Shown here: positions 1-11,400 of the stretch, one piece after another
Numbering within the stretch: the stretch's first letter is position 1
Layout of the letters: every line of letters begins with the position of its first letter
Source of the DNA: Vicugna vicugna
Lineage: Eukaryota
Direction of reading: 5' to 3'
Length of the DNA stretch: 64,000 bases
Assembly: GCA_013265495.1 (NCBI GenBank)
Contig: MU058669.1
Span: 1,559,880 to 1,623,879 of the forward strand
Notes under the pieces: model-generated
Told to the model about the DNA's origin: nothing
Databases searched by the model: none
Seen by the model: the letters and a program-made list of their open reading frames with translations, nothing else
Program-made: the position numbers and the translations under genes

Positions 1-124
1 AGTATGTTTAAGGTAGGCAAGGCTAAGCTATGGTATTTCATGGTGTATTAAGTGCACTTTCAATATTTTCAACTTGTGATAAGTTTATGGGAAAGTAACC
101 CCATCATAAGTTAAGGAAGATCTA
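1..124 (-). mobile_element. Tigger5/MER47-like DNA transposon end (truncated by window edge)
   Basis: 'tttaaggtaggcaaggctaagctatg...gtaaccccatcataagttaaggaagatcta' followed by TA resembles the reverse complement of the recalled MER47A terminus (TIR CAGATGCTCCTCGACTTACGATG). Confidence 0.75.
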
Positions 125-335
125 TATAAAATTGTGAATGCAGCATATTTTAAAGCCTACAAAAAATGTCTAATTTCCTAGGAAGCATAATTTTCCCAAA
201 CCATTCCTTGTGAAGGTAGAAGGATTAAGCAGATATATTTCCATAGGAGAAAAAAAAAATACGAGGGAGGTCCTTATGGGAAACAAAGCAAAACAAATCA
301 TTGCGCACAAATTATTTCATAGAATTTAAATAACC

Positions 336-1228
336 ATTTATTTTTTAATTTTATTTTTAACATTTTTTAGTGAGTTATAGTCATTTTACAATATTGTGTC
401 AAATTCCAGTGTAGAGCACAATTTTTCAGTTATACAGGAACATACATATATTCATTGTCACATTTTTTTCTCTCTGTGAGCCACCACAAGATCTTGTATA
501 TATTGCCTTGTGCTGTACAGTATAATCTTGTTTATCTGTTCTACATCTACATTGCTGAGATTTATGTAAGATAGTGTTTTGCCTATGTTTTCTTCTATGA
601 GGTTTATAGTGTCTTGTCTTATGTTTAAGTCTTTAAGCCATTTTGAGTTTATTTTTGTGTATGGTGTGAGGGAGTGTTCTAACTTCATTAATTTACATGC
701 AGCAGTTCCCAACACCATTTGCTGAAGAGACTGTCTTTACTCCATTGTATGTTCTTGCCTCCTTTGTCAAAGATGAATTGACCAAATGTTTATGTATTTA
801 TTTCTGGCCTCTCTATTCTGCTCCATTGATCCATAAATCTGTTTTTTATCAATACCATGCTGTTTTGATTACTGTGGTATTGTCTGAAGTCTGGGAGGGT
901 TATTCCTCCAGCTTTGTTCTTTTTCTTCCGTATTGTTTGGCAATTCTGGGTCTTTTGTGTTTTCATATAAATTTTAAGATATTTATTCTACTTCTGTGAA
1001 AAATGTCTCAGGTAATTTGATAGGGATGGCATTAAATCTGTAGATTGCTTTGGATAATATGGCCATTTTATCAATATTAATTCTTCCAATCCAAGAATAT
1101 GAGATATCTTTCCATTTCTTTAAGGCATGTTTAATTTCCTTAGTCAGTGTTTTGTAGTTCTCTACGTACAAGTCTTTCACTTCCTTGGTCAGATTTATTC
1201 CTAAGTATTCAATTTTTTTTGGATGCAA
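336..1228 (-). mobile_element. Young lineage-specific LINE-1, 5'-truncated, with internal deletion
   Basis: T-rich tail at ~336-370 and artiodactyl-type 3'UTR to ~548, then ORF2 peptides ([49 protein letters not shown]). Confidence 0.95.
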
Positions 1229-1999
1229 TCTATCTCTAAGAATCTGTCCTCAAGTTATTCAAGCCAAAAATATGAAAAGACATATGCATCAGGATATGAA
1301 TTGTAGTGCTCTGCAACTGGAAGACTGGAAATTGGACCTATATGTCCATCACTAGGGGACTGGTTGAATAAACTGTGATGCATTTACCGTTTGGAAAACT
1401 GAGAAGGATGAGACATATCTCTTGATACTGTCATAGCATGATCTTTACCACTTATCTAAGGGAAGAGGGAGATACAAATATAAATGCGTATTTGCTGGTA
1501 ACTTTTCCAGTTTTAAAAATATCAAATAAATAGAAATCATTAACTATAGGGAAAGTAAGGGAATACAGTGGAGGAAGTTGTTTGTAGATTTGACTTAGAA
1601 TACACAATTACATAATAAGTAAGTAAAAAGCAATGTGGAAAATCTAAAGCAAGACGAAACAAGTGAACCTGTGTATCACAGTGGAGGCATAAGTAGTGGA
1701 CAGGAACTATTCCAAGTGGCATAAAAAACAAAGTGACTTGACTTATTTCACTTAGTATGATAATCTCCAGGTCCATCCATGTTGCTATAAATGGTATTAT
1801 TTCATTTTTATGGCTGAGTAGTACTCCACTATGTATGTATGTATGTATGTGTATATATATATATATGCAGTGGAATGTATGTGTGTGTACACACACACAT
1901 ACACACAACCTGGAATACTACTCAGCCATAATATACATATACATACATATATATACATATATATATGAAAATATCTATATAGCCATTATATATATACAC

Positions 2000-2032
<33 letters not shown>

Positions 2033-3750
2033 CTTCTGTTTTGGAGGATCTGTCAATTGACATTTAGGCTGCTTCAGTGTCTTGGCTATTATAAATAGTA
2101 CTGCTGTGAACATTGGGGTGCATGTGTCTATTCAAATTAGAGTTTGTTTTCTGCAGATATATACTTTAATAAGAAAAACAATAAAAGTGATTTGACCACA
2201 TATTCCTAGTGGGATATACCCTATGGACAGGATGAGTTGCAGAAAGACTTAAATAGTTCTAAAGCAATTATCTTTTTGGTGATCAGGATGGTATTTTTAT
2301 TTGGAGACTTAATGTGTTTTGTCTAATAAAACAAAGAGTAAGTATGTTAGTGCCTTGAAAATCAGGATTGTCATTGCTTAAGTAAAAATCCTGTGATCTT
2401 AATTTTTAATTTAAAGTATGAGCTCAAGATATATTACATCTTTAAAGCAAAGCTCTGTCTATGAGAAGTTCTAAAAACTGTGACAAACCCTGGGGCATTG
2501 AGTACCATTATTAACTATACTTTGGTCTCTAAATATTACTTCCCATAAAGGAGCTGGGATATCTTGGAGCAAAGGTCAACTCCAGGTCTAGTACAGTAAA
2601 CTGAACCTGGACTGTCTTCTCATACCTGAAAGCAAGAAAATTATCGCAGACTATTACTTGGGAGTAATACCCTCCCACTGGTCAAAAAAATGAAAAATTT
2701 TGAGTATTAATCAGTTGATAATGTCTATAGGTTGAAATACAAATATATTTGTGAGTTTTCAGTTATACTCTAAAAGCACTCATTTATCATTATTTTCACA
2801 AATTATAAATCAAAGGGAAATATCAGTCATGTGTCCTCTCTCCTTTCACAAGCTGTACCCCAGGGACCAAATGCTTAATGGAGAAACGTTTTTATTCATA
2901 GAAGTATGTTAGCTAATAAGAGAAGATAGAATGATTGGATTTGGCCATTATTTTGTAACTCCTGGTGAATTCTTGGAAAGATATCTCATATTCTTGGATT
3001 GGAAGAATTAATTCACCTGAATGTAGGCCATGATCATCAATGGCTCCTAACGCATAAACATAGAGACAGTCTCCCAAAGTACATGATGCCACCCATGAGG
3101 AATTCTTCAGTCAGTCCACCAGCAAACCTATAATCTGTCTACTAATTTGTAGGAAATACAGGAGACAAGGGAACATAGTAAACAATGCCATGGGTATTCA
3201 GTCAGCAAAGTTCAGGTCATAAGAAACTCTACAGGACAACATACCTAGTTTCCCCAACAAATCAACTTAAGGAATATAAAGAGAGCTGGCAACCATAGAG
3301 ATTAAACAGATTTAAGATACCTGTTAGCCAATTATAATGCATGGGCCTTATTTAGTTTCTAATACAAATTTTATCCACACACTGGCATATGCATATATAC
3401 ACATAGTACATATTTAATATATATATACTTGGAGAGCGATATATATATATATTTGACATATATATATATTTTGGAGGAATTTAAAAACTGACTAGATTTG
3501 ATGATATTAAGATACTGTTTATGTTTAAAGTGTGAAAACTGTTTTGTGGTTAAGTATGTTAAAGGAGTCTTTATATTTGAGAAATAAAAACTGAAATATT
3601 TTGAAGAAAGAGTATGATATCTTAGATGTGTTTAAAAATTAGATGGATGGGAAGCAGGTGTAGGTGAGGACTAGATAAAACAAGAAAGATTGGGTTTAAG
3701 TTGATCATTGTTGAAGCTAGGTGATAGACACATCAAAGTTCACTGTAAAA
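1229..3750 (+). mobile_element. Ancient L1M (L1MC/ME-type) 3' region, interrupted by younger insertions
   Basis: Degenerate L1 3' motifs ('atgtccatcactaggggactggttgaataaactgtg', 'cagtcagcaaagttcagg', 'ttgatcattgttgaagctaggtgatag'). Confidence 0.65.
1743..2183. mobile_element. Short 5'-inverted LINE-1 insertion containing (TA)n/(CA)n microsatellites
   Basis: Antisense L1 segment 1743-~2164 (ATWMDLEIIILSEISQ on minus), then sense L1 terminus 'tatactttaataag' and A-rich tail. Direct repeats aaagtgacttgac (1730-1742) and aaagtgatttgac (2184-2196). Confidence 0.75.
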
Positions 3751-4206
3751 GGAAGACGTGAGTAGACTGGCTTTACCATCTTCCACCCCACCTCTCACTG
3801 GGTCCTTGTACTCATGCTTGAGCCACCCTATCCATGTTTATCTTCTGCATCCTTTTTAAGTACCTCACCTACCCAAGATTCCTGTGCACGGAGCATTCTT
3901 CTTTACTTGTAGGCCCTTATCCCTTCCAAACTCCTACTCCATCCTTCAGACTTCAGCAGTTTTTCACTTCCTCAGGAATACCTCTGACTTCTCTGATTTG
4001 GTCAGATCTCCCTCCTGTAGGCTGTTGTGGTGCCAGCTACTTCTCCTTTCTAGCAATCATCACATTTGGAATTTTATGCTCATTTACATGACAGTTTGTG
4101 TGTGTGTGTGTGCGTGTGCGTGCTCCAAAAGAGTCTCAGGCCCCTAAGTACAGAAGCCACATAGATTTTAGTTAACGTAGTGCCCCAGTACTCGTCTCAG
4201 TATCCT

Positions 4207-4969
4207 TGTTGAAGAAAAAATTTGCATCTGACACTTTTTAAAAATGTCACGACAGATTTTATCAGTACTACTGCAGTAGAAGAGAGAGCCCTCAGGTAAA
4301 CTGAGCTCAACTCCAATCTTTGCAGAGGTGATTGGGCATTTTAAAAGGAAAAAGTGAAGTCATATGGAGGGGGAATGACCAAGGCTGAAGCAGAGAAAGG
4401 AACTTAGAAAAGTGCAGAAAAGCAGATGTGAGGCTGTTTAATTTGATATGGGCCTCTTTGTCTGCTAACCAGTGTGATCGAAGTCGGGCTCCTACCCTCC
4501 TACAGAGGCTGGGAGACAGGAGTCCTCCATGTACTGATGATTACATTTCAAGGGGATGGCTCTCAGATTCTCGAGAAAGGCAATCCTGGGTTAAAGAGCA
4601 TCCCACACATCTCAAATAGAGAAAGGATTTACAATGGTTAGTTTTCTGAAGTAGATGCTCCAAAGAAAGGAGTCTATAGTCAGGGTTTGCCTGGAACAAA
4701 CAGTAAATTCTTTTAGAACTTTGTCAGGCAGGCATTGAAAGAGGCTGCGCCAGTCATCTTAGGAACGTAGCCTTGAGCTGCAAGGAAGTTACTGTGATGT
4801 TGGTTGACTCTCAGGGGGGAGGGTGGGCGAGATCTTTTGTGCTGAGAGCTGTACTGTTGTAGACATGGGCTGGAGCCTCGTTGGGAAGGGGGCTCAGAGG
4901 AGCCCGTCGAGACTGTGGTCAGAGAGAGCGCGTCTGCCACTCTGTAAATACTGGCTGAATGTTTTACCA
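4207..4969 (-). mobile_element. Solo ERV LTR (family not assigned)
   Basis: ~760 bp, TG...CA termini, LTR-like composition, 'tatcc' near both ends (4201-4205, 4970-4974). Confidence 0.55.
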
Positions 4970-6191
4970 TATCCATGAGAAAAAATGTCCAGGAAATAAG
5001 AATCAGAAGTTGTTCACATTGGGGATAAAAGGAGCTCAAGTTTCAATAAGTGTAGAAGAGAAAAAGTGCTTGTTCCAGGTGGAAAAAGCTGGAGGAAGGT
5101 TTTCTGATTTTACCCATTGATATAAAAAGAAAAAATAATTGATAAAAAGCTTCCTAATGTTATGACATATGTCTATTTCCAGCCCCAAGGACAGACATGA
5201 TTCTAAGTAGAGAAGATAAAGTGAGACATTGTTATCTATGTCAGTCTTGCTTTAGGCTTTAAAACAGAGAACATTTTTATTGTAACATGACTAGATTTCT
5301 ACAGAGTTACCAATAACTGAATCCACAACAGATGGCTATAATTTGCTGTAGGGTGAAGTGACCTCTAAACATAAAGTGCTGGGTGGATTCTGAGGTGCTT
5401 TATGATTCTGACAGGTAAAAGAAACTGATAGGTCAGCAAGTTCTGAATCATCTACCTCAGTGGTTATTTGTCTCTCTTTTCTGGAAGGCTCTGCAATGTG
5501 CCTTCATTAACGGGAGCAGATCAAAAATTTAAAATTCAGAGCACGGGACGTTGCTAATTAGAGAAATAATGAACACATAGAGCTTCGCATCCCCTTAATG
5601 ATTTCATGTTTTCTTCTTTTGCAAAATACAAGCCGGTTGCCTGCTGAGATGCAATTCTTCATTCACAGAGGAAACCAAATTGTCAGCTATAGCGAGTTGA
5701 ATTGAGTAAATTTTTCTAGGTTAACACTTGGAAAGGGAAACATGCCACAAAAACTAGGGGAGATGTGTTTGATTTGGAGGAGGGGCACATTGTTATTCTT
5801 TTGCTTTAAGTGGAACCATGTAGACCTGAAAGATCAACTTCACTGTGAGATGGTCCTGTGGAGCAAGCTGTGGAAAATTGGGAATTCTTAAAGAAATCTA
5901 TTTACAAAAAAAAAAGACTTCTCTAATTTCTTTCTAGAATATGTCACAAGTCTACCAGAGACAAGAGGTGGAATTGATAGTATTCAATAGGGAAAAAAAA
6001 GTTACCTAATAATATTAAGTGGAAGAAAACCTTAATAGTTTAGAAGAAAGATATCCTGAGAAGCTTTTGATGGGTGATGAAACTAAGATTTTATGCATGA
6101 CTTCCAGATCACTTCTCCGCCCATGCTTTCTTTTTAAATAGCTCAAAAGTTTTCGCCAAATGGCTTATCATCTTATGATTATAGTTTATTA

Positions 6192-6387
6192 AAGTGGTTC
6201 TCAAGCTTTAGTGCAAGCAAAGTTTACTCCCAAGGAATTTCTTTAAAGTACAGATTGCTGGGCCTCTTTGCTAATGAATTTGTCTGATTCAGGAGGTCTG
6301 AATTAGGTTGCAGAGTCCATAATTTTAACTGAGCACGCGAGTAGTTATGACATGCATGTTCCATGGGCCACAATGTGGAAAACACTG
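6192..6387. mobile_element. MER5-like hAT-Charlie MITE
   Basis: Termini 'agtggttctcaa' and 'tggaaaacactg'; internal 'tacagattgctgggcc', 'tctgattcaggaggtctg'. Confidence 0.7.
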
Positions 6388-6739
6388 AGGAAATAAAACC
6401 TGCCAGGGTATGTGGCTAGAAACTCTTGAGCTGTGTTTATAAGTATTATGACAATAAAACTAAGTAATATGAAGCACAAAGTTGATAACATATACTTTTG
6501 AACGATTAATGGCCTCAATGTGAGTTTTAATGCAAGTATAAAGTGTTGTTTTAATTGGATTACAGTCCTGTGAGCACATTGTGCTCCTGGCCTTCTAGTT
6601 CAAGAAAACAGGATTGGTACTGCTGTCCCACACACTGCTGTAGGGTTCAGCACTGGGCGGCTCGGTGTGGGATAGGACCATAAAATGTTGCACGTGAGAG
6701 CACAGCCTTCAGCCTTCACAGTCTCCATCCTAGGGACTG

Positions 6740-6895
6740 TCTGTGTACCTTTGAGAAGTCCATTTAACTTACTAGGCTCAATTTACTAGTCCTTGAAATA
6801 AGAATGATGTCAGTACCTACTTCTAGGATTATGTGATGGTTAGACGAGAAAATATTTATAAGGAGGTTAGTGCAGTTCCTAGAATATTGTAATCA
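6740..6895 (+). mobile_element. MIR SINE fragment
   Basis: Degenerate MIR core ('tgtgtacctttgagaagtccatttaac...tacctacttctaggattatgtga'). Confidence 0.65.
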
Positions 6896-7130
6896 TCTGA
6901 ATGAAGGATGAAAAAAATAATTTTTGGTCCATGTAATAGTTTGATTTTATTGTCAAGGAGAAGGTAAGGACACCCTTAGGAATAAGATATTTCTAGAAGC
7001 CTAGACGCTGGAACTTGAAGGTCTCAAGCACATTAAGGCATATTGCCTTGAATTTTGTGGGACTATAGTGATTGTCTCACCATATGGCTTTGGCTAAAAA
7101 TCCGTATGTAAAGAGATCTGAAGCATAATC

Positions 7131-7860
7131 ATTTTTAAAATTTTTATTTTTATTGCAATACAGTTGAGTTACAATGTTGTGTTAGTTTCAGGTATACAGC
7201 AAGATGATTTAGTTATATGTATACACATATTCTTTTTCACATTACTTTCCATTATAGATTATTACAAGATATTGAATATAGTTCCCTGTGCTATACAGTA
7301 GGTCCTTGTTATTTGCCTATCTTATGTATATTAGGGTGTATATGTTAATATCAAACTCCTAATTTATCACCCCCTTTCCCCTTTGGTAACTGTAGTTTAT
7401 TTTCTATGTCTGTGAATCTATTTCTGGTTGGTAAATAAGTTCATTTATGTAACTTTTTTTTAATTTCACATGTAAGTAATATACGATATTTCTTTTTGTC
7501 TGGCTTACTTCACGTAATACAATAATCTCTAGGTCCATCCGTGTTGCTGCAAATGACATTATTTCATTCTTTTTATGGCTGAGTAATATTCCATCACCCC
7601 CCACACACACACACATCTTCCTTATCCATTCATCTATTGAGGGACATTTAGGTTGCTTCCATGTTTCTGTGTCTTGGCTATTGTAAATAGTGCTACCGTT
7701 AACATTGGGGTGCATTTATCTTCTCGAGTTAGAGTTCTGTACAGGAGTGGGATTGCTGGATCATATGGTAGCTCTGTGTTTAGTTTTTTAAGGTACTTTC
7801 ATATTGTTCTCCATAGTGGCTGCACCAATTTACATTCCCAGCAACAGTGTCGGAGAGTTC
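7131..7860 (-). mobile_element. LINE-1 3' end (~730 bp, 5'-truncated)
   Basis: T-rich tail, 3'UTR and ORF2 C-terminus ([24 protein letters not shown]). Flanking repeat 'ctgaagcat' at 7118-7126 and 7861-7869. Confidence 0.95.
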
Positions 7861-8419
7861 CTGAAGCATTATTTTTAACAGTTTGGACAGGGCTAGGAAA
7901 TAGCAAAGGCTAGTACAAATTGCTGGGCCTAGATACGGCACATTTCAGTAAAATTTACCACTGCAGGGGTGAGGCGGGTTATTTTTTCCCTGGCTGTTTA
8001 TCTGCTCTCTACTTTCTTGTGAAGAGCCCCAACCAAAAGCCAGATTCGGTACTCATAATCTCCAGGGAACTTTATTAAATTCTTTCTTCACCAGTGAAAA
8101 ACTACTCTTCTAAGTTACGACAGCCATATTGCCATTAGCATTTAATTGTATAAGATAATCCATGTATAAACATTATCCCAGTGCCTAGTACATAAGTGCT
8201 TAGAAAAAGTTGGGCAATATCACTACTTTGTAGTTGCACTTTCTAGATATCTCCCTAAAAACACTGAAAACTAGAGAATAACACTAGAACTAACAAGGAT
8301 CAGTCTCCCACTCATTGGTGAGTGAATACTGCTTATCTAAATGGTGCTCCGTTCCACTCTACCTTATGGCAGCACTCCCTTGTCCGAGCGTACATGGTTT
8401 CTCATGAGGAGTTCTAATT

Positions 8420-11400
8420 TCAAGTTTCATTTTATAGAGTGTCTTTTTTTTTCCTGTCTGCCTTTAAGATTTTCTCCTTATATTTGATTATAGCAGCTTG
8501 AATATGGTATGTCCAGGTTGATGTGTCTGCTTTTGTTGCTTTTTATTCTGTTTAGGATTCTCTGAAATCTTCAGTCTGTGGTTTGATGTCTTATCGTTGC
8601 TTCTGAAAATTCTTGGCCATTAAATTTATACGTATTTGTTCTATCCCATTCTCACTCTCTTCTTCTAGAATTTCAGTTACTTGTATGTTAGACAGTTTCC
8701 TACTGTTCTACTGCTATTGAATGCTCTATACTACTCCCCCCACCATACACACACTTACTTATTTTTGTGTTTTAGTTCAATTGATTTATCTTCAAGGGCA
8801 CTGATTCTTTTCTTAACCAAGTTAATTGATGAGCATGGAGGCATTATTTGTCTTTGCTACCATGTTGATCATTCCTAGCATTTCCATTTATTATCTTTTT
8901 TTTTTAACTGAGATAATTGACATATAATGCTATATTAAGGTCATATGTACAACATGATGCTGTATTTGTATATATTCTCTAATTATCACCAAAATATGTG
9001 TAATTATCAATCATCATTACAAATCCATCACAGCTAATTTTTTGTGTGTGTGCCTGTGATGACAACTTTTAAGATCTACTCTCTTAGGAACTTTCTGTAA
9101 TACTGTATGCAGTAGTGTAGTATTAACTATAGTCACCATGCTGTACATTATATTCCTATGTCTTAGTTATTTTATATCTGGAGGTTTGTAATATTTGACC
9201 ACCTTCACCCATTTTACATATCCCCTGTGGCAGCCACCAGTCTGTTCTCTGTATCTGAGCTTTTTCTCTTTGTTTTTTGCATATAAGATCATGTAGGATT
9301 TGTCTTTATCTGCCTTACTCAGAATAATGCCCTCAAGATCCATCCATATTGCAAATGACAAGATTTCCTTCATTTTTATGGCTGAATAATATTGCATTGT
9401 ATAGAGAGAGCACATTTTATTAATCCTTTTATCCATCAGTGGACACCTAGATTGTTTCCGTATCATATCTATTGTAATTAATGCTGCCAGGGACATCGGT
9501 GTGCATACATAATTTTGAGGTAGTGTTTTTGTTTTCTTCAGATAAATACCTAGAAGTGAAATTGCTGGATCATATGGTAGTTCTTACTTAATTTACTGTA
9601 AACCTTCATATCTGTTTTCCATGGTGCTGAAACAATTTATATTCCTACCAACCATGCACAAGGGCTTTTTATCTACATCCTCACCAATACTTGTTATCAC
9701 TTGTCTTTTTCATAATAGCCGTTCTAACAGGTGTGAGGTGATATCTCATTGTGTTTTGATTTACATTTACCTGTTTATTAGTGATGTTGAGCATCTATCC
9801 AGATGTCTGTGTGCCATCTCTGTGCCTTCCTTGGAGAAAATGTTCAGATCTTCCCATTGTTCTGTTTCATAAACCTGTGTGTCTGGCTTATGACAATACC
9901 ATACTGTTTTCATGACTGTAGCTGTGTAGTATAGTTAGAAGTCAGGGTGCATGATGCCTTCAGCTTTGTTTTTCTTTTACAAGATTGCTTCAACTATTCA
10001 GGATCTTTTGTTGTTCTACACAAATTTTAGGATTGTCTTGCTCTTTAAAAAAAAAAAGCCATTGGAATTTTGATAGGGATTGCACTGACTCTGTAGATTG
10101 CTGTTTGTATAATGGATATTTTAACAATATTAACTTTTCTAATCCACGTTCAGTATCTTAGAGTTTCTAGTGTACAGTTCTTTCACCTCCTTGGTTAAAT
10201 TTATTTCCAGGTATTTTATTCTTTTGGATGCAGCTGTGAATGAAACTATTCTCTTAATTTCTCTTTCTGATATTTTGTTGTCAGTGCACAAAAATGCAAC
10301 AGATTTTAGTTTATTGATTTTGTAGCCTGCAACTTTACTGAATTCATTTATTAGTTCTAACAGTTTTTTGGTGTAGTCATTAAGGTTTTCTATATATAAA
10401 ATTATGTCATCCACAGATACTGATAGTTTAACTACTTATTTTCCAACTTGGATGCTTTTTATTTTTATTTTTTTCTTGCCTAATTGTTGTGGCTAGGACC
10501 TTCAATACTATGTTGTATAAAGGTGACAAGAATGGGCATCCTTGTCTAAAGCTTTCAGATTTTCATCATTGAGATTGATGTTACCTCTGGGTTTGTCATA
10601 TATGACCTTTATTATGTTGAGGTGCTTTCCCTCTATATCCACTTTATTGACAATTTTTATCATAGATAAATGTTGAATTTGGTTAAATGCCTTTTCTGTA
10701 TTTATTGAGATGATAATATTTTTATCAAGATTAATTATCACACTGACTTGCAAATGTTGACCCACCTTTCATCCTGGAATGATCCCACTTGGTCATGGTA
10801 TATGCTCCTTTTCATGTACTGTTTAACTCAGTTTGCTGATGTTTGCTGATGTTTGTGTCTATGTTCATCAGGAATATTTTCCTGTAATTTTAATTTCTTG
10901 TGGCATCTTTGTCCGGTTTTGTGATCAGGGTAATTCTGGCCTCATGAAATGAATCGGAAAATGTATTTTTTTTTTGAAGATTTTGAAAATGATTGATAGT
11001 AATTAGTTTTTAATATTGGTTGTAATTGAGCAGTGAAGTTGTTTGGTCCTGGATTTTTTTCTTCTGGGAGGGTGGTGATTGCTGATTCACTGTCCTTATT
11101 AGTAATCAGTCTTCACAGATTTTCTGTTTCTTCATGATGCAGTCTTGCTAGGTTGTATGTTTCTAGAAATTGATCCATTTCTGCTAGATTGTCCAGTTTG
11201 TTGGTGTTTACTTGTTCATGGTAGTCTCTTATCCTTTGTTTTTCTGTGGTACTAGTTGTGGTGTGTCATCTTTCATTTCTGATTTTATTTATTTGAGTTC
11301 TCTTTTTTTCTTGGTGAAGATAGCTAAAGATTTGTCAATTTTGTTCATCTCTTTAAAGATCCAGCTCTTAGTTTCATCGATCTTTTCAATTGTCTTTTTA

